Source: Chlamydiales bacterium
GTDB lineage: Bacteria; Chlamydiota; Chlamydiia; Chlamydiales; JAAKFR01
Assembly: GCA_041395025.1 (NCBI GenBank)
Contig: JAWLBH010000001.1
Location: forward strand, 120,001 to 152,000
Reading direction: 5' to 3'
DNA length: 32,000 bases
The translations under genes were made by a program, and so were the position numbers. Shown piece by piece: positions 1-12,047 of the stretch; the first letter of the stretch is position 1, and every line of letters begins with the position of its first letter. A model generated the notes under the pieces. The model saw nothing but the letters and a program-made list of their open reading frames with translations. It was not told where the DNA came from and did not search any database.

Positions 1-1
1 T

Positions 2-412
2 TCGATCCAAGCACAAGTAGTTAATCTCTTTAAAAAACTACAAGAAAAGATGGGTTTAACCTATCTTTTTATAACTCATAATCTTTCAATAGTGAAATAT
101 ATTTCTGATCGAGTTGCAGTCATGTATCTTGGAGAATTAGTAGAACTTGCTTCTAGTGAAGAGCTCTACCTCCACCCACTGCATCCCTATACTCAAGCTT
201 TACTTGCAGCCATTCCTATTCCAGATCCAAAAAAAGAGAGAGAAAGAAAAAGAATGGTTCTTCAAGGAGAGACACCTAATCCTTTGAATCCTCCTCCTGG
301 GTGTGCTTTCTCAAGCCGCTGCCCTTTTGCAACGGAACACTGTAGAAAAGTCGCTCCTCAATGGAAACAAGTGAAAGAAAATCATTTTGTTGCTTGTCAC
401 TTAATTAAGTGA
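2..412 (+). CDS. oppF: Oligopeptide/dipeptide ABC transporter ATP-binding protein, C-terminal part (5' end outside window)
   Basis: The frame is open from base 2 (SIQAQVVNLFKKLQEKMGLTYLFITHNL...), so the listed ATG at 50 is internal. H-loop-like FITHNL is followed by the OppD/F-type C-terminal extension (HPYTQALLAAIP, PPPGCAFSSRCPFATEHC...ACH). Confidence 0.85.
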   Translation, partial: SIQAQVVNLFKKLQEKMGLTYLFITHNLSIVKYISDRVAVMYLGELVELASSEELYLHPLHPYTQALLAAIPIPDPKKERERKRMVLQGETPNPLNPPPGCAFSSRCPFATEHCRKVAPQWKQVKENHFVACHLIK

Positions 413-424
413 AAATAGGGATTT

Positions 425-1009
425 CTATTTGAGATAAACAATTTCTATAATCTCAATAGGTTCAATTGGTACATTTTGATGTCCATAGCGTTTTTCTGTT
501 TCAATATTTTGGATTTTATCAATTACATCCATGCCATTTGTTACTTGACCAAATACACAATATCCATATCCATTCTGAGTAGAATTTCGATAATCTAGAA
601 AATCATTATCAACTAAATTAATGAAAAACTGAGAAGTGGCTGAATTGACTTCAGATGTGCGAGCCATGGCAATGGTTCCTCTCTTATTCGAAATTTTATT
701 TGATGCCTCATTTTTAATAGGTGAATGAGTAGGTTTTTCTTTCATATTAGAAGTCATTCCTCCACCTTGAATCATGAAACCACTAATCACACGATGAAAT
801 ATCGTTTTATTGTAATGTTCTTCATCTACATATCTCAGAAAATTTTTTACAGTGATAGGTGCTTGATCAGCAAATAATTGAAGATCAAAATCTCCTTCTG
901 TTGTGCGAATAGTAACGAATGATTTATTCACAGGAATACTCTCCTTAGTTTCAGATTGACACATAGAAAAAAGCATAGAGAAAAACATGATAGGTATAAA
1001 TCCTTTCAC
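425..1009 (-). CDS. Cyclophilin-type peptidyl-prolyl cis-trans isomerase with N-terminal signal peptide (periplasmic PpiA-like)
   Basis: Cyclophilin core motifs FHRVISGFMIQGGG, GTIAMAR, SQFFINL and FGQVTNGMDVIDKI. Hydrophobic N-terminus MKGFIPIMFFSMLFSMC. GTG start at 1009 with GGAG 7 nt upstream. Confidence 0.9.
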   Translation of the reverse strand: MKGFIPIMFFSMLFSMCQSETKESIPVNKSFVTIRTTEGDFDLQLFADQAPITVKNFLRYVDEEHYNKTIFHRVISGFMIQGGGMTSNMKEKPTHSPIKNEASNKISNKRGTIAMARTSEVNSATSQFFINLVDNDFLDYRNSTQNGYGYCVFGQVTNGMDVIDKIQNIETEKRYGHQNVPIEPIEIIEIVYLK

Positions 1010-1096
1010 CTAATTACTCCTTAATATTTGGCAGAAAAAACTGTAGAGGAAAAAAATGTTTTTTGCAAAGACTGATCTTGATATAAAGAGGTATCT

Positions 1097-1846
1097 ATGA
1101 ATCTTGCCCATATTATTGAAGATTTAGCTTATGACATGGGAGGAGAATTCCCAAGGGATGCAATTGAAGCTGCAATTGCAAAACGAAAACAAATTACTCC
1201 TCATCTTCTTATGATTCTTGAAGATGCAATATATAGAATTGATGAAATTATTGAGGATGATAATTATCAGGGTCATCTATATGCAATGTATCTTCTTGCA
1301 CAATTCCGAGAAGAAAAGGCCTATCCCCTAATTATTGAGCTTTTTTCATATCCTGGAGAGATTCCTCATGCAATTGCTGGAGATGTTTTAACTGAAGATC
1401 TCAGTCGAATTTTAGCAAGTGTATGTGGGAAAAATATTGATCCGCTAAAAAAAATGATTGAAAATCCTTCTATCAATGAATATGTACGTGCTGCATGTCA
1501 AGCATGTTTAGTGACACTCGTTGGATGTGGATTTATTAATAGGAAAGAAGTCATTGAGTATTTTCGTGCACTTTTTCATGAAAAACTGGAAAAACACCCT
1601 TCTTTTGTCTGGGACCATCTAATTGTAAGTTCCTGTTCACTCTATCCTGAAGAAATTTTTGATGAGATTAAGAGGGCTTTTGATCGCAATTTAATCAACA
1701 AAGCTTTTATTTCTATAGAAGATGTAGTGACAACATTAGGGGAAGAAAAACAAAGACATCTATTCCAATTATTTCATGATGCTGAACTCATTGACGATAC
1801 AGTAGCAGAAATGGAAAAATGGATGGGAAACTACTCTTTACAATAA
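1097..1846 (+). CDS. Conserved hypothetical protein, DUF1186-like
   Basis: 249-aa soluble protein. Its size and sequence style recall Pfam DUF1186, a family of about 250 aa described from Chlamydia and cyanobacteria. It sits between opp genes and a YbhI-type transporter, as I recall for Chlamydiaceae. This is from memory, not searched. Confidence 0.55.
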   Translation: MNLAHIIEDLAYDMGGEFPRDAIEAAIAKRKQITPHLLMILEDAIYRIDEIIEDDNYQGHLYAMYLLAQFREEKAYPLIIELFSYPGEIPHAIAGDVLTEDLSRILASVCGKNIDPLKKMIENPSINEYVRAACQACLVTLVGCGFINRKEVIEYFRALFHEKLEKHPSFVWDHLIVSSCSLYPEEIFDEIKRAFDRNLINKAFISIEDVVTTLGEEKQRHLFQLFHDAELIDDTVAEMEKWMGNYSLQ

Positions 1847-1902
1847 AAATACTTATTTATCCATTTTGACCATAATCACTCCTTTCTATATCCTCTTGGC
1901 CT

Positions 1903-3309
1903 GTGAATAGAAGACAATTTATTTCTTTTTTGATTATTATTCTAGTTGGGTTACTGATTTGGTTTTCTCCTCACTCTGAAAATATCCATAATAAAGGCTG
2001 GCACTTATTTGCCATTTTTATGGCAACGATTCTTGGAATTATTTTTAAACCTCTTCCAATGAGCGTTTTTGCAATTCTTTCTATGACAATTCTCGATTTA
2101 ACTCATACATTAACTTTGGAAGAAACACTGGCAGGTTTTCATAACCCCATTGCCTGGTTAGTCCTATTTGCTTTTTTTATTTCACAAGGATTTATCAAAA
2201 CAGGTTTAGGAAGTCGGATTTCTTATTATTTTGTCTCGATCTTAGGGAGAAAAACATTGGGTCTTAGCTATGGGCTTCTTATGAGTGAGCTTATTCTTGC
2301 CCCTGCTATTCCTAGTGTAACTGCTAGAACAGGTGGTGTCATTTTTCCAGTGGTACAAGGGCTTGCAAAATCTTTTGCAAGTGATCCTCAATTTGGTACG
2401 GAACGGCGTATTGGCTCTTTTCTGATGACAGTCGCTTATCAAGGATCTGTAATTACAAGTGCCATGTTTCTCACAGCAATGGCAGCAAACCCTTTTCTCG
2501 TCGAGCTGACTCAACAATTTGGATATTATTTATCTTGGAGTCAATGGGCTCTTGCAGCAAGTATTCCAGGGCTGATTAATTTAGCAATTATGCCTTTCAT
2601 GGTCTTCAAACTCTATCCTCCAATCATTCGCAAAACACCGAATGCAGCAGATTTTGCCCGTTTAAAAATTCAAGAAATGGGGAAAATGCAGAAGCAGGAA
2701 TGGATCATGCTAGCTATCTTCATTCTACTAATTATTCTTTGGATATCAGGAAATATGATTAAGATGAATGCAACGATTGCTGCTATGGTTGGTCTCTCTT
2801 GCCTCTTAATTTTTAATGTTCTGAAGTGGGAAGATATTGTTAAAAACTATTCAGCATGGGATACTTATATTTGGTTTTCTAGTTTGATTATGATTGCTAC
2901 TCAACTTAACCATCTTGGATTTACCCCCTGGTTAAGTGAACAAGTTGTTCAGCTCGTCGGTCAAATGAACTGGATGCCCGCCTTTACGATTCTCGGATTG
3001 GTCTATTTTTATTCTCATTATTTTTTTGCTAGTAATACTGCTCATGTCGGTGCGATGTATCCTGCTTTTTTGATGATTGCTATTTCTCTTGGCACTCCTT
3101 CTATGATTGCTATTCTTGTATTCGCATTTTTAAGTAATCTTATGGGGGGATTGACTCATTATGGAAGTGGACCAGCACCAATCTATTACGGATCCAATTA
3201 TATTGAACTAAAAGCATGGTGGCGCATTGGTTTTCTATTAAGCCTGATTAATCTCTCAATTTGGATAGGTCTGGGAAGTATTTGGTGGAAGTTGATTGGG
3301 ATTTGGTAA
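1903..3309 (+). CDS. ybhI: DASS-family (divalent anion:Na+ symporter) dicarboxylate transporter, 2-oxoglutarate/malate translocator-like
   Basis: 468 aa with many hydrophobic segments. Paired hairpin-type motifs PSVTARTGGVIFP and SNLMGGLTHYGSGPAP are typical of DASS/SodiT1-like carriers. GTG start. Confidence 0.8.
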   Translation: MNRRQFISFLIIILVGLLIWFSPHSENIHNKGWHLFAIFMATILGIIFKPLPMSVFAILSMTILDLTHTLTLEETLAGFHNPIAWLVLFAFFISQGFIKTGLGSRISYYFVSILGRKTLGLSYGLLMSELILAPAIPSVTARTGGVIFPVVQGLAKSFASDPQFGTERRIGSFLMTVAYQGSVITSAMFLTAMAANPFLVELTQQFGYYLSWSQWALAASIPGLINLAIMPFMVFKLYPPIIRKTPNAADFARLKIQEMGKMQKQEWIMLAIFILLIILWISGNMIKMNATIAAMVGLSCLLIFNVLKWEDIVKNYSAWDTYIWFSSLIMIATQLNHLGFTPWLSEQVVQLVGQMNWMPAFTILGLVYFYSHYFFASNTAHVGAMYPAFLMIAISLGTPSMIAILVFAFLSNLMGGLTHYGSGPAPIYYGSNYIELKAWWRIGFLLSLINLSIWIGLGSIWWKLIGIW

Positions 3310-3356
3310 AAAAGGTAAATATTAATTAAATTTATGCCACCTATGAGATCTATTTT

Positions 3357-4058
3357 ATGAATAAAGTCACCTCTATCTCTGTATTCCTCTCTTTAATGGT
3401 GTATCTAAATTCTACTTCATATTGCGATCTTTTATTACCAGAGCATAGTCTTGAAGAAGAAGGACACCTTGCATACTATACAGCAAAAGACTTCTCTTAT
3501 CTTATTGGAATGGAAGGCTTTTCAAAGGAAGCCTTGGAAATGCATTTTAAACTTTATGAAGGCTATGTGAAGAATACAAATCTTCTACTGAAGATTCTCT
3601 ATGATTATGTAAAAGAGAATAAAGAAGAAACTCCGCAATTTGGAGCAATTAAACAGAGACTTGCCTTTGAATTAGATGGAATGCGCCTTCATGAACTCTA
3701 TTTTTCAAATTTAGGAGGGAAAGAAGAAATTGATAGAAATACTTCTCTTTACAAGCAAATCATCAAAGATTTTGGAACTTTTGAAACATGGAAACAAAAT
3801 TTTATCAATACTGGAATGATACGGGGTATTGGTTGGGTCATTCTTTATCTAGATCCAGTGAATAAACAGCTAATCAATATGTGGATTTCTGAGCATCAAG
3901 AAAACCATCTAGTAGGTGGAATACCTATCTTAATTATGGATGTATGGGAACATGCTTACATGATTGATTATGGTTTGAATCGTATGAATTATATCAATGC
4001 ATTTTGGAATAAAATCAATTGGAGTATTGTTTCAAGTCGTTATGATAAATCATTTTAA
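3357..4058 (+). CDS. Fe/Mn-family superoxide dismutase with N-terminal signal-like sequence
   Basis: C-terminal signature DVWEHAYMIDY (Asp and His ligands). N-domain ligand histidines are retained in ALEMHF and RLHELYFSNL, and GIGWV is present. Hydrophobic leader MNKVTSISVFLSLMVYL. Confidence 0.85.
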   Translation: MNKVTSISVFLSLMVYLNSTSYCDLLLPEHSLEEEGHLAYYTAKDFSYLIGMEGFSKEALEMHFKLYEGYVKNTNLLLKILYDYVKENKEETPQFGAIKQRLAFELDGMRLHELYFSNLGGKEEIDRNTSLYKQIIKDFGTFETWKQNFINTGMIRGIGWVILYLDPVNKQLINMWISEHQENHLVGGIPILIMDVWEHAYMIDYGLNRMNYINAFWNKINWSIVSSRYDKSF

Positions 4059-4743
4059 CAAAAAAAAAATTGCTGATCTGGATGTATTAGAAATTCCAGG
4101 TGATCCTGATGGCAAAACTATTCTTCTTTTGCATGGATTTGGATCCAATGCCATGGATTTAGTCCCTTTGCACAGGATTTTTCAAGAAAAACTAAAACCT
4201 AACTGGTTATTTCCAATGGCTCCGTTTAATGTTTCAGGGATTCCTAGCAATAAGGGTAGAGCCTGGTTTCCAGTGAATCTATCCACTCTTCAAACAGCTT
4301 TTGAAAAAAAAGATTTAAAAACAGTTGAAAATGCATTTCCTAAGGATTTAACCGAGTTTAGGGAATGCATTGAATGTTTGGTCGGGGAACTCAATATTCC
4401 CCGATCCAAACTGATTATAGGAGGATTTAGTCAGGGAGCTGTTTTATCTGTAGATGTTGCTTTAAATGGAACTGAATCTGTAGCAGCTATTTTAATTTTT
4501 TCAGGAACATTAATTTATGAGTCGATGTGGCGTAGTCTTTCACACCAACATACTAAAACTCTATTTTTTCAAAGTCATGGAACGCATGATCCCTTATTAC
4601 CATTAGAAAAAGCTGCAGAACTTGCATCTCTACTTCAAGACGGTGGACTAAAAGGAAAATTGCATATGTTTGAAGGTGGACATGAAATTCCTCAATCCAT
4701 TTTATTCCAATTGAATTTATTTCTTAAAAGTTTAGTAAATTAA
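4042..4743 (+). CDS. Phospholipase/carboxylesterase-family alpha/beta hydrolase
   Basis: Nucleophile elbow GGFSQGA, Asp in SHGTHDPLLP and His in EGGHEI (Ser-Asp-His triad order). Start moved from the ORF-track 3997 to the ATG at 4042, which leaves a 17-nt overlap with the SOD gene instead of 62 nt. Confidence 0.75.
   Translation: MINHFNKKKIADLDVLEIPGDPDGKTILLLHGFGSNAMDLVPLHRIFQEKLKPNWLFPMAPFNVSGIPSNKGRAWFPVNLSTLQTAFEKKDLKTVENAFPKDLTEFRECIECLVGELNIPRSKLIIGGFSQGAVLSVDVALNGTESVAAILIFSGTLIYESMWRSLSHQHTKTLFFQSHGTHDPLLPLEKAAELASLLQDGGLKGKLHMFEGGHEIPQSILFQLNLFLKSLVN
4060..4069 (+). repeat. A10 homopolymer at the SOD stop / esterase 5' end
   Basis: Counted directly: taa c aaaaaaaaaa ttgct. In the esterase frame it encodes NKKKI. 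Confidence 0.95.
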
Positions 4744-4764
4744 ATATCTAAAAATTTATCGAAC

Positions 4765-5493
4765 TTAATAAATCTGAAGCTTATAAAAAAGAACCTCTAG
4801 ACAAGTCAGAAGTTTAATAGAACGCTCTAAACCCATACGGGCTTCTTGTAGTGCCTTTTCTACATAATCAATCGGAAAAAGAGAAGCGGATTGAATGTGT
4901 TTATGGTAATCTGGATAAGTAAGATAGCGTTCTCCTCCTTTTATGTTTAAGAGCAATCGATCACGATACCAATTTAGCACTGCTTCAAAAAGCTCTTCAA
5001 GTTCTTTTCCTTCTTCAATAGATTCGAGAGGTTCTTTTTGAGCCAAAACATCTAAAATCTTATGTCGACTTGTTTTATGAGGAGCAATAAAATCAATTCT
5101 TCGACAACGGGAAAGAATAGTAGGTAAAATTTTTTCAGGATAATAAGAAACAATAATGATCACTGTAGATTTTGCGGGTTCTTCAAAGATTTTTAGAAGA
5201 GCACTACTACTTGTCAAAAGCATTTTATCAGCTTCATAAATAATGAATACCTTCCACTTAGCTTCATAAGGCACAAACCCTACTTCATAAGCTAGATTGC
5301 GTAAAGTTTCGATCGAATGCATATTTGCTTTTCCATGAGGAAAATATTCATGCAAATCTGGATGTGGGTAGCGCCCTAAAAGGGCGATAGCAAATTGACG
5401 AGCTTTCTGTTCAATCTGAGCTTCTTTAGTTCCAACAAAAAAAAGAGCATGTGGGATTTTATTAGAAGCGATCATGTCAGAAAGAATATCCAT
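4765..5493 (-). CDS. holB: DNA polymerase III delta-prime subunit
   Basis: Degenerate P-loop region HALFFVGTKE, FEEP box and sensor motif ILSRCRRIDF. Located downstream of tmk. I prefer the ATG at 5493 (MDILSDMIASNKIPHALFF) over the TTG at 5505 used by the ORF track. Confidence 0.8.
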   Translation of the reverse strand: MDILSDMIASNKIPHALFFVGTKEAQIEQKARQFAIALLGRYPHPDLHEYFPHGKANMHSIETLRNLAYEVGFVPYEAKWKVFIIYEADKMLLTSSSALLKIFEEPAKSTVIIIVSYYPEKILPTILSRCRRIDFIAPHKTSRHKILDVLAQKEPLESIEEGKELEELFEAVLNWYRDRLLLNIKGGERYLTYPDYHKHIQSASLFPIDYVEKALQEARMGLERSIKLLTCLEVLFYKLQIY

Positions 5494-5501
5494 TTTGTTT
5501 A

Positions 5502-6164
5502 TCAAGACTTAAAAGGTAAAAAATTCTGAAGCCGGTGGAAGCAAGATTGCACTACAAATTCTAATGGTTTAACAGCATCAATGATTGCAATTCGACCAGG
5601 ATATTGATTAGCTAAATCAAGATAACCTTGGCGTGTCTTTTGATGAAATTGCAGCATTTCCTGTTCTAATCGATCGCATGTATTTCTCTCTCGATGTTTT
5701 AAACGTTCCATCCCAATCAAAGGATCAAGATCTAGTAAAAAAGTTATATCTGGCTCTAGTCCTCCTGTAGCTAGTTGACATAATTTTTCAACATATTCTA
5801 AACCTAAATCACGACCATAACCCTGATAAGCAATAGAAGAATCATTAAATCGATCACACACTACAACTTCTCCCCGGTAAAGAGAAGGTGAGATACTATC
5901 TTCGATATGTTGAGCACGAGCGGCTAAAAAAAGAAAAAGCTCAGCACGATTTCCAATTTTATAATGATTTTTAGAGTCTAATAAAAGATGGCGTAGAGCT
6001 TCAGAAAGGAGAGAACCACCTGGTTCACGTGTAGCCATGACTGAATAACCATAGGATTCAATGATTGTTTTAAGGTGTTTACAAACTGTAGTTTTCCCCG
6101 ATCCTTCTCCTCCTTCAATTGTGATAAAAAGTCCCGGATAAGATGGATTATTCCTCTTCTTCAC
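5502..6164 (-). CDS. tmk: Thymidylate kinase
   Basis: P-loop ITIEGGEGSGKTT, DRF motif (VVCDRFNDSSIAYQG) and a lid region. GTG start overlaps the gyrA stop by 17 nt. Confidence 0.9.
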   Translation of the reverse strand: MKKRNNPSYPGLFITIEGGEGSGKTTVCKHLKTIIESYGYSVMATREPGGSLLSEALRHLLLDSKNHYKIGNRAELFLFLAARAQHIEDSISPSLYRGEVVVCDRFNDSSIAYQGYGRDLGLEYVEKLCQLATGGLEPDITFLLDLDPLIGMERLKHRERNTCDRLEQEMLQFHQKTRQGYLDLANQYPGRIAIIDAVKPLEFVVQSCFHRLQNFLPFKS

Positions 6165-8628
6165 TAACCAATGCCTCTTTCTCCTCTACTCTTGCTAATT
6201 TTTCAACAGCAATTAGAGAATCTCCGCTTTTAAGATTTACAAGCTTTACACCTTGTGTTGCACGGCCCATAACACGGAGATCACGCATACTAATACGAAC
6301 AGTTTGCCCCTGAGATGACATCATCAAAAGACCATCTTCATTTAATACAGAAACAGCAGCAAGAACATTCCCATTCCGTGTATTTGTAATGATAGATCGG
6401 ACTCCCTTTCCCCCTCGGTTTGTTTGACGAAAATCTTCTACGTAAGAGCGTTTTCCAAAACCATTTTCACATACAACTAATATGGTACTTTTTTCATTAT
6501 CAATGATTTCACAACCAATGACATAATCATTTTCTTTACCTAAAGTCACCCCTTTGACTCCTCGAGCAGATCGCCCCATTGCACGGACATGTTTATGATC
6601 AAAACGCACTGCCATCCCTTGATAAGTAAAAAGCATGACTTGTTGATTTTCTCCAACTAAATGGGCTGCAATTAACTCATCTCCTTCTTCAATTTCTAGA
6701 GCACGAATCCCCTTTCGTCTTGGATGACTAAAATTAGATAAATCAGTTTTCTTTACAATGCCTCTTTTTGTCGCCATAAAAACATAACGATCAGAATTAA
6801 AGTCTCTGGTTCTTAAAATAATTGCAATTTTTTCTCCTTCTTGGAGATCTTCAATAAAATTCACAAGAGCTTTACCTTTAGAACGACGTTCTCCTTCAGG
6901 TAGCTGCCATACCTTTAACCAATAACAACGTCCAAAATTCGTATAAATTAACAAATAATCATGAGTAGAGGCGACGTAAACTCCTTTTAGCTTATCTGTT
7001 TCACGTCTCATATTAAATCCAGCAACCCCTTGTCCTCCTCTTTTTTGTTCACGAAATGTATCCATAGGCATCCGTTTAACATAATCATCTTGAGAAATTG
7101 TAATGATCACCTGTTCATCAGCAATTAAATCTTCTACATTAAAATCTTCTTCTGCCTGAACAATTTGTGTTTTACGAGGAGAATGATGAGCTTTCTTAAC
7201 TGAAGTTAATTCTTCAGCAATAAGATTGCGTAGCTTTTCTTCACTTGCTAAAAGCTCGCGATAATAGTGAATTTTTTTTAGCAATTCCTGATAATCAGAA
7301 TTAATCTTATCTTGTTCCAGTCCAGTTAATTGATAGAGACGTAGTTCCAAAACAGCTTTCGCTTGACGCTCTGAAAACTTAAAACGAGCAATCAGATCCC
7401 TATAAGCCTCTTCTCTGTTTTTGCTAGAACGAATAATTCTCACTACCTCATCAAGATCCTCAATCGCTTTTAGATAGCCTTCTAAGATATGCGCACGTGC
7501 TTCAGCTTTATTTAGATCAAAGCGAGTTCGTCGGCGAATGACTTCTATTCGATGATGAATCCACGCAAGAATCATTTGCTTGATATTCATGATACGAGGT
7601 AAGTTTTTATCAAGAGCAAGCATATTACAACCAAACGTCGTCTGCATATCAGTGAACTTATAAAGTTGATTGACAACTACATCAACAATTTCTCCTTTTT
7701 TTAACTCAAGAACAATACGCATCCCCTCTTTATCCGATTCATCTCTTACATCACTAATCGCAGTCACTGTTTTATTGTTTACAAGTTCAGCAATCTGCTC
7801 AACAAGACGAGATTTATTGACGTTATAGGGAATTTCATCAATCACAATCCAATCTCGATTGCGATGATCTCGATTCTCTTCGATATGAAAAGTTCCACGA
7901 CAAATCAATCGTCCACGACCCGTATGATAAGCATCATAAATTCCTTTATATCCACAGATCAAACCACCTGTTGGAAAATCAGGGCCAGGCATCACTTTCA
8001 TGATTTCCTCTATCGTGGCTTCCTCATACTTCATCACTAACAGAGTAGCATCAATCAGCTCCATCAAATTATGAGTAGGAATATTTGTCGCCATTCCAAC
8101 TGCGATACCAGAAGACCCATTACATAAAAGATTAGGGAATTTTGCAGGAAAGACAGTGGGTTCAACTCTAGTCTCGTCATAATTGGACACCATATCCACA
8201 GTTTCTTTATCAAGATCTTCCATAAGATGGAGAGCATTGCCAGTAAGGCGAGCTTCTGTATAACGCATTTGTGCTGGAGGGTCACCATCTACTGAACCAA
8301 AATTCCCTTGACCATCAATAAGACAATATCGCATTGCCCAATCTTGAGCCATCCGTACTAATGTCGGATAAATGACAGATTCCCCATGTGGGTGGTAGTC
8401 TCCGGAGGTATCTCCGCAAATTTTCGCACACTTCCTATGCTTAGCTCCTGGTGTCAAGTTGAGTTGGCGCATTGCATATAAGATACGCCTTTGAGAGGGT
8501 TTTAACCCATCACGTACATCGGGAAGAGCTCGAGAAATAATTACTGACATTGAATAACGTAAGTAACTTTCTTTCATTTCATCTTCAAGATTACGAGTCA
8601 AAATCGTTTCATTTTCTCTAAAAGGCAT
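6148..8628 (-). CDS. gyrA: DNA gyrase subunit A
   Basis: 826 aa. Contains LKPSQRRILYAM, YHPHGESVIY (QRDR region), active-site Tyr in AQMRYTEARL, C-terminal beta-pinwheel repeats and an acidic tail. Confidence 0.97.
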   Translation of the reverse strand: MPFRENETILTRNLEDEMKESYLRYSMSVIISRALPDVRDGLKPSQRRILYAMRQLNLTPGAKHRKCAKICGDTSGDYHPHGESVIYPTLVRMAQDWAMRYCLIDGQGNFGSVDGDPPAQMRYTEARLTGNALHLMEDLDKETVDMVSNYDETRVEPTVFPAKFPNLLCNGSSGIAVGMATNIPTHNLMELIDATLLVMKYEEATIEEIMKVMPGPDFPTGGLICGYKGIYDAYHTGRGRLICRGTFHIEENRDHRNRDWIVIDEIPYNVNKSRLVEQIAELVNNKTVTAISDVRDESDKEGMRIVLELKKGEIVDVVVNQLYKFTDMQTTFGCNMLALDKNLPRIMNIKQMILAWIHHRIEVIRRRTRFDLNKAEARAHILEGYLKAIEDLDEVVRIIRSSKNREEAYRDLIARFKFSERQAKAVLELRLYQLTGLEQDKINSDYQELLKKIHYYRELLASEEKLRNLIAEELTSVKKAHHSPRKTQIVQAEEDFNVEDLIADEQVIITISQDDYVKRMPMDTFREQKRGGQGVAGFNMRRETDKLKGVYVASTHDYLLIYTNFGRCYWLKVWQLPEGERRSKGKALVNFIEDLQEGEKIAIILRTRDFNSDRYVFMATKRGIVKKTDLSNFSHPRRKGIRALEIEEGDELIAAHLVGENQQVMLFTYQGMAVRFDHKHVRAMGRSARGVKGVTLGKENDYVIGCEIIDNEKSTILVVCENGFGKRSYVEDFRQTNRGGKGVRSIITNTRNGNVLAAVSVLNEDGLLMMSSQGQTVRISMRDLRVMGRATQGVKLVNLKSGDSLIAVEKLARVEEKEALVSEEEE

Positions 8629-8638
8629 GATGAATATC

Positions 8639-11468
<2,830 letters not shown>

Positions 11469-11726
11469 TACTTCCCTTAAAATCCCTTAGAACCTAGGTA
11501 AAAAAACCATACTCTATCCTTCTATGGAACATCAATAAAAAAGCATTCATGCAAGCAGTTCTTTTGCATTAAAAATCTTAGTAAGAGAAAAGAATCGTCT
11601 AGATCAGCTAGTAAGGATGAGCAAAGAGATGATTGAATAGAAAATTTTAAATCAAAATACTAAAGGAGAAAATGAGAAGTTTACCTATACACAGATTTGC
11701 CACTTTCTCCCTTTGATATTTTCTAT

Positions 11727-12047
11727 TTATTGAGCGGTCTCTACCAGATCATTAGGTGTAGTGTTCTCAAACATAGATTTCCTTACAAATTTTGGATAAA
11801 CTAGATAGGTTGCCAAAGATAACAATGGGATTGTTCCAAACACAATTCCACCGGCTGCTATAAAATAGACGACTCCTCCTCCAAATATTCCAGTTGCAGC
11901 TACAGTCGCTACAATGGCAATAAAAACGGCTGAAATCAAGGCCACCAATCCACCAACTTTCCGGTTAGTCGAAGGGTATATCATAGTAGGTTTCCAAGCT
12001 TCTAAAGGCTGTGATTTACTTTGTTCGAAATTTACTAGTATTGACAT
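11727..12047 (-). CDS. Small membrane protein with bilobed hydrophobic domain (Inc-like candidate)
   Basis: 106 aa. ATG with GGAG 9 nt upstream. Residues about 31-83 form two hydrophobic lobes separated by GGG (GGLVALISAVFIAIVATVAATGIF-GGG-VVYFIAAGGIVFGTIPLLSLATYLV). The N-terminal 30 aa are hydrophilic. Confidence 0.6.
   Translation of the reverse strand: MSILVNFEQSKSQPLEAWKPTMIYPSTNRKVGGLVALISAVFIAIVATVAATGIFGGGVVYFIAAGGIVFGTIPLLSLATYLVYPKFVRKSMFENTTPNDLVETAQ

Noticed and set aside
2242-2517. 91-aa ORF antisense to the DASS transporter gene
   Set aside because: It lies entirely inside a well-supported CDS on the opposite strand. Its Cys/His/Lys-rich low-complexity translation is typical of antisense frames in AT-rich DNA. 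It has no SD or family resemblance.
3997-4041. Upstream extension of the esterase ORF to the ATG at 3997
   Set aside because: It would overlap the SOD gene by 62 nt and add a non-conserved-looking N-terminus. The ATG at 4042 gives a typical family N-terminus. Similar TTG-extended starts in the ORF track (holB 5505, gyrB 11155, module gene 14179, kinase 15068, tgt 15578, adk 22504) were trimmed for the same reason.
11550-11580. Small inverted repeats (TGCAA...TTGCA, GCAT-ga-ATGC followed by T6 on the minus strand) as a terminator for the Inc-like gene
   Set aside because: The stems are only 4-6 bp and lie about 150 nt downstream of the stop. This is too weak to call. Two weak hairpins after tkt (20726..20745 and 20749..20767) were also left uncalled.
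11672-11716. 14-codon micro-ORF (MRSLPIHRFATFSL) preceded by AAGGAG on the plus strand between two minus-strand genes
   Set aside because: It is too short to evaluate. The SD-ATG spacing is only about 3 nt, and there is no supporting context.
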